Assembly (NCBI GenBank): GCA_964245915.1
Contig: CAXTOT010000007.1
Coordinates: 21,183-85,182, forward strand
DNA from: an uncultured Lichenihabitans sp.
GTDB taxonomy: Bacteria; Pseudomonadota; Alphaproteobacteria; Rhizobiales; Beijerinckiaceae
DNA length: 64,000 nt
Direction of reading: 5' to 3'
Part shown: positions 1 to 12,084 of the stretch, piece by piece
How positions within the stretch are numbered: position 1 is the first letter of the stretch
How the letters are laid out: every line of letters starts with the position of its first letter
Notes under the pieces: model-generated
Databases searched by the model: none
Told to the model about the DNA's origin: nothing
Seen by the model: only the letters and a program-made list of their open reading frames with translations
Program-made: the position numbers and the translations under genes

Positions 1-4
1 CTGA

Positions 5-1525
<1,521 letters not shown>

Positions 1526-1533
1526 GCGAAGGC

Positions 1534-1953
1534 GTGAGCATCCAAAGCGTCCTGGCGCCCGTCTTCGTCCAGGTCGCGATGGTGATGGTCCTCGGCTTCC
1601 TCATGTCGTGGCGCCGTAGGGTCGCGATCAAGGGAGCCCGGCTGACCGATGCCGATATTGCGCTGGGCCAGAACGCCTGGCCGGCCCGCGCCGCGCAGGC
1701 GGGCAACAGCTACAGCAATCAGTTCGAGCTGCCGGTGCTGTTCTTCGCCCTGGTGCCGCTGGTGCTCATCACCCACAAGGCCGATCTCGTTTTCGTGATG
1801 CTGGAGTGGCTGTTCGTGATCCTGCGGATCGCGCATGCGGCGGTTCACACCACCTCGAACAACCTGGCGCTGCGCGGGCCGCTGTTTCTGGCCGGCGTTG
1901 TGGTCCTGGCGATCGCCTGGGCCTTGTTCGCGGTCGCCATTTTGGCGTCCTGA
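1534..1953 (+). CDS. MAPEG family membrane protein
   Basis: NQFELPVLF and RIAHAAVH motifs, four hydrophobic segments; GTG start 8 nt after guaB stop. Confidence 0.85.
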   Translation: MSIQSVLAPVFVQVAMVMVLGFLMSWRRRVAIKGARLTDADIALGQNAWPARAAQAGNSYSNQFELPVLFFALVPLVLITHKADLVFVMLEWLFVILRIAHAAVHTTSNNLALRGPLFLAGVVVLAIAWALFAVAILAS

Positions 1954-1954
1954 A

Positions 1955-1987
1955 GCAGGAGCGGGATCCTTCAGGCTCCGCTCCTGC
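1955..1987. terminator. Hairpin between convergent genes, probable bidirectional terminator
   Basis: GCAGGAGCGG...CCGCTCCTGC 10-bp inverted repeat just after the MAPEG stop; no clear U tract. Confidence 0.55.
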
Positions 1988-1994
1988 ATCGGAA

Positions 1995-2147
1995 TCAGTA
2001 GTGGTTTTCGAGCGTGGTCTTGGCATCGGCATGGCGGCGCGGGGGTGCCGAGAGATCGACGCTCGGCGGCGGGGGCGGCGCGGACGCGCAGGCCGCGAGC
2101 GACAGCGCGATCAGGGCGAGCGCCGAACGGCAGATCAGTTTAGACAT
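1995..2147 (-). CDS. Small (50 aa) putative lipoprotein, not in the ORF track
   Basis: Manual translation MSKLICRSALALIALSLAACASAPPPPPSVDLSAPPRRHADAKTTLENHY*; lipobox LAA-C at residue 20; purine-rich AAGAAGAAAG upstream of ATG. Confidence 0.7.
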   Translation of the reverse strand: MSKLICRSALALIALSLAACASAPPPPPSVDLSAPPRRHADAKTTLENHY

Positions 2148-2252
2148 TGGGGCTAATCTTTCTTCTTATACGTCGACGGCGGGCCCGCCGTCTCTCAAAT
2201 GACGTATGGGTCCTTGCGGCCAAGTTACCGGCCCAAATAAGGCAAATCCGTC

Positions 2253-3545
2253 ATGATCCCCGCTGCCCGGCTTTCCGCCGCGATTGACATCCTGTCCGTG
2301 ATCGAAATGCAACGCCGTCCGGCCATGGATTGCCTGAAGGAATGGGGCATCGCGCACCGGTTCGCCGGCTCCAAGGACCGGGCCGCGGTCGCGAGCCTAG
2401 TCTATGACAGCCTGCGGGTTCGCGCCTCGGCGGCCTGGATCATGGGCGAGGACACGCCTCGCGCGGTGCTGTTCGGCATGTTGCGCGAGCTGCGCGGGCT
2501 CGATGTCGAGACGATCTCGGCGCTGGTCACCGGCGAGGGGCACGGACCCGCGATCCTGACCGATGCCGAACGGTTGCGCCTTTCGGACGGATCGCTCGAC
2601 GGGGCTCCCGATCATGTGCGCGGCGACTTTCCCGAATGGCTGAGCGGCAGTTTCGCGGCGGTGTTCGGCGACGAGGCCGCAGAGGAGGGCAAGGCCCTCG
2701 CGACCCGCGCGCCCGTCGATCTCCGTGCCAACACCCTGAAGGCGTCGCGTGAGAAAGTGATGCGGGCCTTGGCGCATCTCAATCCCGTGCCGACGCCGCG
2801 CTCGCCCTGGGGGCTCCGCGTTCCGCTCGGAGAGGATGGCCGAGCGCCCGCCATCAGCGGCGAGCCCTCCTATGTGAGAGGCCAGGTCGAGATCCAGGAC
2901 GAGGGTTCGCAGATCGCCTCCCTGCTCAGCGGAGCGCAACCGGGCCAGCAGGTGCTCGATCTCTGCGCGGGGGGCGGCGGCAAAAGCTTGGCGCTCGCGG
3001 CGCAAATGGCCAACAAGGGGCAGATCTACGCGACCGACGACGACGGACGCCGTCTTGCTCCCATCTACGGCCGCATCGCGCGGGCCGACGCCCGCAACAT
3101 CCAGGTTCGCTCCCCCAAGCGCGGCCAGGACGTGATTGCCGACCTCGAAGGCAAATGCGACCTCGTGCTGGTGGATGCGCCCTGCAGCGGCACGGGCACC
3201 TGGCGACGCCATCCCGATGCCAAATGGCGCATGCGTCCCGGCGCGCTCGACGAACGCGTCAAGGACCAGGATACCGTTTTGGCGGAAGCCTCCCGCTTCG
3301 TGAAGCCGGGTGGCCGGCTCGTCTACATCACCTGTTCGGTGCTTCGCGAGGAGAACGAGGATCGCGTCGCGCAGCTGTTGAGCAGGCGTCACGATCTCCT
3401 GCCGCTCGATGCCGCCAAGATGGCCCGGGATGCCGGCCTCCCCGATCTCGCCGAACGCGCATCCACGCTTGGGCCGGGATTGCGGCTCACCCCGCGCACC
3501 ACCGGGACGGATGGATTTTATGTTGCGGGTTTGGTGAGGGCGTAG
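2253..3545 (+). CDS. RsmB/NOP family SAM-dependent RNA m5C methyltransferase
   Basis: IQDEGSQ, DLCAGGGGK, DAPCSGTG, YITCS, ENE motifs. Confidence 0.93.
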   Translation: MIPAARLSAAIDILSVIEMQRRPAMDCLKEWGIAHRFAGSKDRAAVASLVYDSLRVRASAAWIMGEDTPRAVLFGMLRELRGLDVETISALVTGEGHGPAILTDAERLRLSDGSLDGAPDHVRGDFPEWLSGSFAAVFGDEAAEEGKALATRAPVDLRANTLKASREKVMRALAHLNPVPTPRSPWGLRVPLGEDGRAPAISGEPSYVRGQVEIQDEGSQIASLLSGAQPGQQVLDLCAGGGGKSLALAAQMANKGQIYATDDDGRRLAPIYGRIARADARNIQVRSPKRGQDVIADLEGKCDLVLVDAPCSGTGTWRRHPDAKWRMRPGALDERVKDQDTVLAEASRFVKPGGRLVYITCSVLREENEDRVAQLLSRRHDLLPLDAAKMARDAGLPDLAERASTLGPGLRLTPRTTGTDGFYVAGLVRA

Positions 3546-3603
3546 GGGCCGCGTCGATGGCCTGGGTTCGGCTCGGCGCTTTGACTCGCCAAGCCGCCAC
3601 ACC

Positions 3604-4959
3604 TCAGCTCGGCTGCATGCCGCCATCGGCCAAAAAGTGTTCGAGCCAGTGGATGTCGTAATCGCCGGCCTGCATGTCGGCATTGCGGACGAGCACGCGG
3701 AACAGGGGCAGGGTGGTCTCGATGCCGTCGATGACGAATTCGTCGAGCGCGCGTCTCAGCCGCATCAAGGCTTCGGCCCGGGTGCGGCCGTGCACCACGA
3801 GCTTGCCCACGAGCGAATCGTAATTGGGCGGGATCGCGTAGCCCTGGTAGACCGCGCTATCGACACGCACCCCGAGCCCGCCGGGCGGATGGTAATAGGT
3901 GATGCGGCCCGGCGAGGGCCGAAACGTCTCGGGATTCTCGGCGTTGACCCGGCACTCGATGGCGTGGCCGGAGAGGTGGATGTCGGATTGCTGGAACGAC
4001 AGCGGCAGGCCGGCCGCGATCTTGATCTGCTCGTTGACGAGATCGATGCCGGTGATCATCTCGGTCACCGGATGTTCGACTTGGATGCGGGTGTTCATCT
4101 CGATGAAATAGAATTTTCCGTTCTCGTAGAGGAACTCGACCGTTCCGACCCCGATATAGCCGAGCTTGCGCATGGCGGAGGCCACCACTTCGCCGATCTC
4201 GTCGCGCTGGTTCTGGTCGAGCGAAGGGGAGGGGCCTTCCTCCCACAATTTCTGATGCCGACGTTGGATCGAGCAATCGCGTTCCCCGAGATGGATGGCA
4301 TTGCCCTTGCCGTCGCCGAGGACCTGGAATTCGATGTGCCGCGGTTTTTCGAGATATTTTTCGAGGTAGACCGCGTCATCGCCGAAGGCGGCCTTCGCCT
4401 CCGATCGCGCGGTCGACAGCCCGTCGCTGAGGTCCTCGCGGGTGCGCGCCACCTTCATGCCGCGGCCGCCACCGCCCGCCGCCGCCTTGACCAGAACCGG
4501 AAAGCCGATCTCGGCCGCCACCCGATGGGCCTCGACATCGTCGGTGATGCCCCCGTCCGAGCCGGGCACGCACGGGATGCCGAGGCCGCGGGCCGTGCGT
4601 TTGGCTTCGATCTTGTCGCCCATCAGCCGGATATGCTCGGCCTTGGGACCGATGAACGCGATACTATGCTCGGCCAGGATTTCGGCGAAGCGCGCATTCT
4701 CGGACAAAAAGCCGTAGCCGGGGTGGACCGCGTCGGCGCCGGTGATCTCGCAGGCCGAGAGCAGGGCCGGGATGTTGAGATAGGAATCGCGCGCAATCGG
4801 TGGCCCGATGCACACGCTCTCATCGGCCAGCTTGACGTGCATGGCCTCCGCGTCGGCCGTGGAATGGACCGCGACGGTGGCGATCCCGAGCTCCTTGGCG
4901 GCGCGCAGAATGCGAAGGGCGATCTCGCCGCGGTTGGCGATCAGGATCTTCTCGAACAT
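3604..4959 (-). CDS. accC: Acetyl-CoA carboxylase biotin carboxylase subunit
   Basis: [39 protein letters not shown]. Confidence 0.98.
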   Translation of the reverse strand: MFEKILIANRGEIALRILRAAKELGIATVAVHSTADAEAMHVKLADESVCIGPPIARDSYLNIPALLSACEITGADAVHPGYGFLSENARFAEILAEHSIAFIGPKAEHIRLMGDKIEAKRTARGLGIPCVPGSDGGITDDVEAHRVAAEIGFPVLVKAAAGGGGRGMKVARTREDLSDGLSTARSEAKAAFGDDAVYLEKYLEKPRHIEFQVLGDGKGNAIHLGERDCSIQRRHQKLWEEGPSPSLDQNQRDEIGEVVASAMRKLGYIGVGTVEFLYENGKFYFIEMNTRIQVEHPVTEMITGIDLVNEQIKIAAGLPLSFQQSDIHLSGHAIECRVNAENPETFRPSPGRITYYHPPGGLGVRVDSAVYQGYAIPPNYDSLVGKLVVHGRTRAEALMRLRRALDEFVIDGIETTLPLFRVLVRNADMQAGDYDIHWLEHFLADGGMQPS

Positions 4960-4996
4960 GGGGTCTTTCGGGAGGTGAACCTTGGGATCGGACTGG

Positions 4997-5527
4997 TTAC
5001 TCGATCACCATCAAGGGCTCACCATATTCGACCGGCTGGCCGTCGTCGATGAAGATGGCCGTCACGGTCCCGGCCTTGGGGGCCATGATCTCGTTGAAGG
5101 TCTTCATGGCTTCCACCAGCAGCACCTTGTCGCCCGCCTTCACGACCGAGCCGATCTCGACGAAAGCCTTGCTGTCCGGACTGGCGCGCCGATAGGCGGT
5201 ACCCACCATCGGGGATTTCACGGCACCCGGATGATCGGCGTCGCTCGGCGATACCGGCGCCACCACGACGGCAACCGGCGGGACCGCAACGGTCGGCATG
5301 GCCACGGCCGCCGCGGGCTGCGCCGTCGTGGTGGCGGGGGCGGGCGAGTAGCGCACCATCCTGATCCGCAGGTCGCCCTTTTCGACCTCGAGTTCAGCCA
5401 GATCGCTTTCGCTTATCAGCCGTGCGAGTTCTGCCATCAGGGACGCGTCGATGGCGGTATCGGCTGTGGCTTTGGGACTGACCCCGCCTGGCAGTCTGCC
5501 GCGCACACGCGCGCCGTTTCGAATCAT
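4997..5527 (-). CDS. accB: Biotin carboxyl carrier protein (start uncertain)
   Basis: SPMVGT, biotinylation motif EAMK, Ala/Pro linker; ATG overlaps the aroQ stop. Confidence 0.95.
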   Translation of the reverse strand: MIRNGARVRGRLPGGVSPKATADTAIDASLMAELARLISESDLAELEVEKGDLRIRMVRYSPAPATTTAQPAAAVAMPTVAVPPVAVVVAPVSPSDADHPGAVKSPMVGTAYRRASPDSKAFVEIGSVVKAGDKVLLVEAMKTFNEIMAPKAGTVTAIFIDDGQPVEYGEPLMVIE

Positions 5528-5976
5528 GAGGAGCTGCTTGTTTGGCCGGAAGGCGGAAGCACGGCTTCGAGCGCAAGGTCATAGGACCGCGCTCCAAAGC
5601 CCATGATCACGCCCTTGGCGACGGAGGAAATGAAGGAGTGATGGCGAAAAGGCTCGCGGGCGTGAGTGTTGCTGAGGTGAACCTCGACCACCGTAGCGTC
5701 CACCCCTTTGATGGCGTCATGCAGCGCCACCGAGGTATGGGTGAGGGCTCCGGCGTTGAGGATGACGGGCGCCCCCGCCTGGCCCGCTTCATGGATCCAA
5801 GCCACGAGGTCTCCCTCATGATTGGACTGCCGAAAAATCAACTCGACCCCGGCCTGGTCGGCGCGGGCGCGAAGACCGGCCTCGATCGTGGCAAGCGTGT
5901 GGCGCCCGTAGATGGTCGGTTCGCGCGACCCGAGCAGGTTGAGGTTCGGACCGTTGAGGACGTAGACGGCTGTCAT
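5524..5976 (-). CDS. aroQ: Type II 3-dehydroquinate dehydratase
   Basis: [26 protein letters not shown] motifs. Confidence 0.97.
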   Translation of the reverse strand: MTAVYVLNGPNLNLLGSREPTIYGRHTLATIEAGLRARADQAGVELIFRQSNHEGDLVAWIHEAGQAGAPVILNAGALTHTSVALHDAIKGVDATVVEVHLSNTHAREPFRHHSFISSVAKGVIMGFGARSYDLALEAVLPPSGQTSSSS

Positions 5977-5998
5977 CGGCAAACCCGCAACCGGCCGT

Positions 5999-6805
5999 TC
6001 AGGAGCATTCGGCCTTGCCGCAATGCAGGACGTTGTCGATGTGGCCCTTGAGCTCGTCGTAACCGACCGCCCCCACCACGATATCGCGGCCCACCACGAA
6101 AGATGGAGTCCCGGTCAAGTTAAGCGAATCGGCAAGCTGCATGTTCTGCTGAATGCCGGCCTTCACGTCGGCATCACCCATGTCGCGGGCGACCTGGTCC
6201 ATATCGGCGCCGAGATCCTTGGCGACCGACAGGGCCTGTGCCTTGGCGACAGGGCCACGGGTCGACAGCAGCTTGGCGTGATATTCCCAGAACTTCTCGC
6301 CCTTGAACTGGTTGCGCACCGCCGAGGCGACCTGCGCGGCCTCCACGGACCCCGGCCCGAGCACCGGAAAATCCTTCAGCACGACCTTGAGCTCAGGCTC
6401 GCTCTTCAGGAGCCTGGCCATGTCGTCGAGCGTGCGCTTGCAATAGGCGCAGTTGTAATCGAAGAATTCGACGATGGTGACTTTGCCGTTTGGGTTGCCA
6501 AGCGTTGCCTGATGGGGCGAGCTGAAGAGCTCGGCCTGCTCGTGGTCGACGACCTCGAGCCGCTTGGCGTCCTCCTGCGCCTTCTGCTTCTTTTCGAGCT
6601 CACCCATGACGTCGCGCAGAACCTCGGGGTTCCGCATCAGGTAATCCTTGACGATCGGGCCGAGGGCCGCCTTCTGGGCGTCGGTGAATTCCGCCGCTAC
6701 GGCGGGAGTGAGGGTTACGATGCTGAGGAGCGCGATCGTCAAACCGATCAGGGCGGCCTTGGCGGCCCGGAGCGACGGTGCGATCATGGATGACTGTGCG
6801 AGCAT
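5999..6805 (-). CDS. DsbA/Com1-like periplasmic thiol-disulfide oxidoreductase
   Basis: Signal peptide, EFFDYNCAYC CxxC motif, GTPSF cis-Pro motif. Confidence 0.92.
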   Translation of the reverse strand: MLAQSSMIAPSLRAAKAALIGLTIALLSIVTLTPAVAAEFTDAQKAALGPIVKDYLMRNPEVLRDVMGELEKKQKAQEDAKRLEVVDHEQAELFSSPHQATLGNPNGKVTIVEFFDYNCAYCKRTLDDMARLLKSEPELKVVLKDFPVLGPGSVEAAQVASAVRNQFKGEKFWEYHAKLLSTRGPVAKAQALSVAKDLGADMDQVARDMGDADVKAGIQQNMQLADSLNLTGTPSFVVGRDIVVGAVGYDELKGHIDNVLHCGKAECS

Positions 6806-7004
6806 GACGGTCTTTCATCAGAACGGACGACAGCGGAAGGCCGAAGAGGACGAGGTTCGAAAGCGAGGCGTGGGCGAACGATCCCGATATGGCCTTCTTG
6901 TGACAACGCCCGGAACTCGAGGGGTGGATACAGGATCGTGGCCGGTTTGGCCAGTCGCAGTGGTTCGCTGGTACACGGACGAGGCATCCGCTAAGGCGTG
7001 AACC

Positions 7005-8189
7005 ATGAGCAAGATCTTGCCTTCCCGCGCGCATCGGCTCACTCCCTCGCGCCGGAGCGGGGTCACGGCCTTCCTGGCCATGGATGTGTTGAGTGCCGCC
7101 GCCGCGAGAGAGCGGGCGGGCGAGCACATCCTCCACCTCGAGGTGGGCGAACCCGGCCTGCCGGCGCCAGCCCGCGTCCGCGCCGCCGCGAGCCGGGCGC
7201 TCGATGCGGGACGTATCGGCTACACCGAGGCCCTCGGCTTGCCGGCCTTGCGAAGCCGCATCGCGCGCCACTATGGCGAAACCTACGGCGTCGATGTCGC
7301 ACCCGATAGGGTGGTGGTGACGACGGGCTCGTCCGGCGGTTTCATCCTGGCGTTCCTGGCGCTGTTCGACGTCGGAGCGCGGGTCGCCATCGCGGCGCCG
7401 GGCTACCCGGCCTACCGCAACATTCTCGAAGCGCTAGGTATAGAAGTCGTCCCTATCGAGACCACGGCCGCAAGCCGCTATGTCGCGACGGCCGAGATGA
7501 TCGCCGCGGTTCATGCCGCATCTCGGCTCGATGGCGTCCTGCTCATGAGCCCAGGCAACCCGAGCGGCACGATGATGAGCGACCATGACCTCGATCAGGT
7601 CGCGGCCTTCTGCGACTCTGCGGGCATCGCCTTCATCTCGGACGAAATCTACCACGGCCTCACCTATGACCGGCCCGCGCAAACCGCGCTGCGCTTTTCC
7701 CGCGAGGCGGTCGTGGTCAACTCGTTCTCCAAATATTACTGCATGACGGGCTGGCGCGTCGGCTGGCTGATCCTCCCCAACGAGCTGATTCGGCCCGTCG
7801 AGCGGCTGCAGCAGAATCTCTCCATCTCGGTCCCGACCCTGAGCCAGATCGCCGCCCTCGAGGCCTTCGAGGCACGGGACGAACTGGAGGTCGTCAAGGC
7901 CGGCTATGGACGCAGCCGCGCTCTCTTGTTGGAGCGTCTACCCAGGATGGGGCTCGGCGACTTCCATCCCGTCGATGGCGCGTTCTATGTCTATGTGGAC
8001 GTCGGGCGCTTCACCAACGACTCGGTGGCATTTTGCGCCCGCATGCTGGCCGAGACCGGGGTCGCCGCAACCCCGGGGATCGATTTCGACCGCGCGCGCG
8101 GTCATCGAACCATGCGCCTCTCCTTCGCGGGCCCGATCGCGGACATCGAACTGGCGGTCGACCGCTTGGGAGCATGGCTGCCGCGCTGA
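7005..8189 (+). CDS. Class I/II PLP-dependent aminotransferase
   Basis: NPSG, SDEIYHG, NSFSKYYCMTGWRVG PLP-lysine motif. Confidence 0.93.
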   Translation: MSKILPSRAHRLTPSRRSGVTAFLAMDVLSAAAARERAGEHILHLEVGEPGLPAPARVRAAASRALDAGRIGYTEALGLPALRSRIARHYGETYGVDVAPDRVVVTTGSSGGFILAFLALFDVGARVAIAAPGYPAYRNILEALGIEVVPIETTAASRYVATAEMIAAVHAASRLDGVLLMSPGNPSGTMMSDHDLDQVAAFCDSAGIAFISDEIYHGLTYDRPAQTALRFSREAVVVNSFSKYYCMTGWRVGWLILPNELIRPVERLQQNLSISVPTLSQIAALEAFEARDELEVVKAGYGRSRALLLERLPRMGLGDFHPVDGAFYVYVDVGRFTNDSVAFCARMLAETGVAATPGIDFDRARGHRTMRLSFAGPIADIELAVDRLGAWLPR

Positions 8190-8265
8190 TTCGGTCGGCT
8201 GCGCGAGGCCGCAATCGTCGCTGTGTAAGGGCACTCCCGCCTTCGCCGGAAGCGCCCTTTGTCGA

Positions 8266-11200
8266 TCAGGATCCGGTCGTGAAGGTGGCCTTGGCACGCT
8301 GCCACCAGCCCGAGCGCTTCGGACGGTTCGGGTCGGATTCCGGTTCGCGTTCCGGCACGACATCGGCGGCCTTGGCCTCGAGCTCTTGGCCCGCGGGAGC
8401 AAGCTCCGGCTCGCGCGAAACTTCCGGCGAAGGTTTGGCCGGCTCCGCAGCACGAGCCACGGTCTCGACGAGGGGAAGCTCCGGCTGGCTTCCGCCTGCC
8501 GTGGCGTCGGCAGGATGATGCTTGACCGTGTCGGCACCCACGTCGCGATCAGCCGAAGGCCTGGTTTGATCGGTCTCGTCCTCGGAGCTCGCCTCGACAG
8601 TCTTGGCGCGAGACCGGCGTGGACGGCGTGTCGCGGCAGTGACTTCTTCGGAGACATCCGGCGTGGCCGGATCATCCACCTTGGATCGGCGCGAGCGGCG
8701 GCGGCGGGGCGCCTCGACCGCCGCCTCACCCGACGGAGCAGCCGCGGTCGAGCCGCGCGCCCCAGTTCCATCGGATGAGGTCTCGCCCGGGTCGGCCAAT
8801 GTAGGCACCACCGGTTCGGCGCCCAGGTCGGCGCCCGCGCTGGCCTCTTCGGCCGTTGCGAACGGCATTTCCTCACCGGCCTCGTCATCCTCGCCGGGTT
8901 CGAACTCCGCGCCGGCCGGTTGGTCCGGGTCAGCCACCCTGTCCAAGCCCGCATCGGAGGGCTGGCCCTCGGAGGCCGAATAAGGCTGTTGCTGGGTGTC
9001 GCGTCCACGGCGGCGCCGGCGACGCTTACGCCGCCGCGATCCATCGCCCTCGCCTTCACCCTCCGACCGATTGCCGTTCTGGCCGTCTCGGGCCTGCACG
9101 GGCAAGGCTTCGTCGGTGCTCTCCTCCTCGGTGTCGTCGGGGAAAGCGCCCTCGAGTTCCTCTTCGTCCTCGATGAGCAGCGCAGAATCGGTGCGGGCCT
9201 CGCCGGGGCGATAGCCGATTAGGACCGGCGGCGTGGCCTCGGTACCCCGTTCGATGGCGTGGTAGATCATGCCGGTCATCAGCGGATCGGAGACGACCGT
9301 GATCGACACGCCGAAGCGAGCCTCGAGATCGAGCAGGTTGCTGCGCTTCTGGTTGAGAACGTAGAGCGCGACCTCGGCACGGGTCCTGACCGTCAAGTTG
9401 TGGCTCGCCGACTTGATCAGCGTGTCTTCCAACAGGCGAAGGATGTGCAGCGCGATGGACGAAACCGACCGCACCATGCCGCCGCCGCCGCAATGCGGGC
9501 AGACCACCGTGGAGCCTTCCAGCACCCCGGTGCGGATGCGCTGGCGCGACATTTCCAGAAGGCCGAAATGCGAGATGCGGCCGATCTGGATGCGGGCACG
9601 ATCGTCCTTCAGCGCATCCTTGATGCGCCGCTCGACGGCGCGGTCGTTGCGGCCCTCCTCCATGTCGATGAAGTCGACCACGATCAGCCCGGCGAGGTCG
9701 CGCAAACGCAACTGCCGCGCGATCTCGTCGGCAGCCTCGAGATTGGTGCGGAGCGCCGTGTCCTCGATGTTGTGTTCGCGGGTGGAGCGGCCCGAGTTGA
9801 CGTCGATGGCCACCAGCGCTTCGGTCTGATTGATCACGAGATAACCGCCCGAGCGCAGCACGACGTGATTTGAGAACATGGCGTCGAGCTGGGCCTCGAC
9901 GCCCGACTTGGCGAAGAGCGGCTGCGGGTCGCGATAGGCGATGACGTTCTTGGTATGGCTCGGCATGAGCAGGCGCATGAAGTCGTGCGCCTCCTTGTAG
10001 GCCTCGTCGCCCGCCACCGTGATCTCGTCGATCTCCTTGGAATAGAGGTCGCGGATGGCCCGCTTGATGAGCGAGCCTTCCTCGTAGACCAGCATCGGGG
10101 CGGAGGATTTCAGCGTGGTCTCGCGGACCGTCTCCCACATGCGCATGAGATATTCGAAGTCGCGTTTGACCTCTTGAATGCCACGCGCCGCACCCGCGGT
10201 GCGCAGGATGATGCCCATGCCCTCGGGCACTTCCAGCTCTTGGGCAATGGCTTTCAGGCGCTTGCGATCCTCGGCGTCGGTGATCTTGCGGGAGATGCCG
10301 CCGCCGCGCGCCGTGTTGGGCATCAGGACGGAATAGCGGCCCGCAAGCGACAGATAAGTGGTCAGCGCCGCGCCCTTGTTGCCGCGCTCCTCCTTGACGA
10401 CCTGGACCAGAAGGACCTGCCGCCGCTTGATGACTTCCTGAATCTTGTAATGCCGGCGCGGGCGCGCCACGCGGCTCGGCACGTCCTCCAACGCATCGCC
10501 ACCGAGCTGCTCGACCCCGTCATCCTCGCCTTCGCCGCCCGGCTCACCGCCGTTCTCGCGCGATGGCGCTTCGTCCGTTTCGCCGTCGTGCGGCGCGGCC
10601 TCATAGCCATGCTCCAAGGTGGTCACGTCGCCGTCGCGCTCGTCCGCCTCCTGGTCCTCGTCGTCGGACCCGGCCGGCCCTGCATCAGCCTCTCCGGCGA
10701 GATCCTCGATCGGCTCGCGGACTTCCTCCGAAATGGTCTCGCCATCGTGTTCGGCACGCAGCGGGACGGCCTCCACCGTGTTCGGTTCCGAATCCGACGC
10801 ATCGGCCGCGGTCGGTCCGGCCTCTGCATCGGCCGACGGTTCGGCCAAGCCGACCGAGCCCTCTCGGACAGGGTCGGTATCGCCAAAACCTTGCTCGGGC
10901 AAAATGTCGTCGGTCGAAGCGGCGCTCGTTGCGGCAGCGTCGGTGTCGGAATGGGCATGATCCGGGTTGGGGGTGCCGTCGTGTTCCGTGCCCTCACCGG
11001 CCGGCGCCTCGGTTGCCCCTTCGGAGCTTGCGCCTCGCTTTTCGGCTTGTTGCCCGCCGCCGCGCCTATTGCGGCGACTCCGCCGATGTCCGTTCGAGCG
11101 AGGCTCGTCCTCCTCGTCCTCTTGCGAGTGGGCCTCGTCTTCAAGGAGGGCCTGCCGATCCGCGACGGGAATTTGATAGTAGTCCGGATGGATCTCGGAA

Positions 11201-11412
11201 AACGCCAGAAAGCCGTGCCGATTGCCGCCGTATTCGACGAACGCCGCCTGCAGCGAGGGTTCGACCCTCGTCACCTTCGCGAGATAGATATTGCCGCGCA
11301 ATTGCTTCTTGCTGGCGGACTCGAAATCGAACTCTTCGACTCGGTTGCCACGCAGAACCACCACCCGGGTCTCTTCGGGATGGGCGGCGTCGATCAGCAT
11401 CTTATTGGCCAT
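8266..11412 (-). CDS. rne: Ribonuclease E with acidic insertion in the S1 region and disordered C-terminus
   Basis: MANKMLIDA start, RVEPSLQAAFV, IDVNSG, DFIDM, CPHC zinc link, RRRKRRRRR and SGWWQR C-terminal motifs. Confidence 0.97.
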   Translation of the reverse strand: MANKMLIDAAHPEETRVVVLRGNRVEEFDFESASKKQLRGNIYLAKVTRVEPSLQAAFVEYGGNRHGFLAFSEIHPDYYQIPVADRQALLEDEAHSQEDEEDEPRSNGHRRSRRNRRGGGQQAEKRGASSEGATEAPAGEGTEHDGTPNPDHAHSDTDAAATSAASTDDILPEQGFGDTDPVREGSVGLAEPSADAEAGPTAADASDSEPNTVEAVPLRAEHDGETISEEVREPIEDLAGEADAGPAGSDDEDQEADERDGDVTTLEHGYEAAPHDGETDEAPSRENGGEPGGEGEDDGVEQLGGDALEDVPSRVARPRRHYKIQEVIKRRQVLLVQVVKEERGNKGAALTTYLSLAGRYSVLMPNTARGGGISRKITDAEDRKRLKAIAQELEVPEGMGIILRTAGAARGIQEVKRDFEYLMRMWETVRETTLKSSAPMLVYEEGSLIKRAIRDLYSKEIDEITVAGDEAYKEAHDFMRLLMPSHTKNVIAYRDPQPLFAKSGVEAQLDAMFSNHVVLRSGGYLVINQTEALVAIDVNSGRSTREHNIEDTALRTNLEAADEIARQLRLRDLAGLIVVDFIDMEEGRNDRAVERRIKDALKDDRARIQIGRISHFGLLEMSRQRIRTGVLEGSTVVCPHCGGGGMVRSVSSIALHILRLLEDTLIKSASHNLTVRTRAEVALYVLNQKRSNLLDLEARFGVSITVVSDPLMTGMIYHAIERGTEATPPVLIGYRPGEARTDSALLIEDEEELEGAFPDDTEEESTDEALPVQARDGQNGNRSEGEGEGDGSRRRKRRRRRRGRDTQQQPYSASEGQPSDAGLDRVADPDQPAGAEFEPGEDDEAGEEMPFATAEEASAGADLGAEPVVPTLADPGETSSDGTGARGSTAAAPSGEAAVEAPRRRRSRRSKVDDPATPDVSEEVTAATRRPRRSRAKTVEASSEDETDQTRPSADRDVGADTVKHHPADATAGGSQPELPLVETVARAAEPAKPSPEVSREPELAPAGQELEAKAADVVPEREPESDPNRPKRSGWWQRAKATFTTGS

Positions 11413-12084
11413 GGCGAACTCTATAGGTTGGCAAATCGGCCGAAGCTGCGGTGACGGCGACGGGCAGAATGCCGAGCCGCGCGTTCGAAGGCCAAGGCGC
11501 AATTCGCGTCTGAAGCAAAACGGAGGGGAACCCGCTGGCGCGTCCGACCGGGAACGGGCGGCGCTTGGTCATGCGGGATGGAAGCGAGCCGGAACGCTCG
11601 TCGAATCCGGTTCGGGGCACGGGAGGGGAAGAGGCGAAAAGACCCGCCTCCAACACAGACGGAGACCTATCAGGTCCCCCGGTGAGTAGCTTTCTCGATG
11701 TCGCGCCGTCGGATCGACGATCCGGCTGCGCGCGCTGACCCTGTCGCGGGCGAGTCATAAGCGGCGTACCTGTTGATCCGCGACTGACCAAACGCCGGCC
11801 GCGTCGTCCTCATCCCTGCGCAAGGGCGGGCGGCCATCGGAGCGGCATGTTTTCACGCGCCAATCTCGAGCCTGCATGACGAAATGAACGGAACCACGGG
11901 AGCAGCCGCGCGGCGACGTTCAAGGTACATGCATGCCCGGTCGATCGCCAGACCAGGACCCAACCTCATTAGGTGCTCATTGCCGGATTGGCAAGGTTCG
12001 CGTGATGTATCCGTTGCGCAACAGTGTCGTGCAACCTGGCAGGGGACACTTACGCCCCGTTAACCCTCGGTAGACTATCCCTTA

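Noticed and set aside
11413-11502. Upstream extensions in the ORF track for rne, and likewise for frr, lpxA, the AKR and the deacetylase
   Set aside because: Family similarity begins at downstream start codons; the extensions look non-coding
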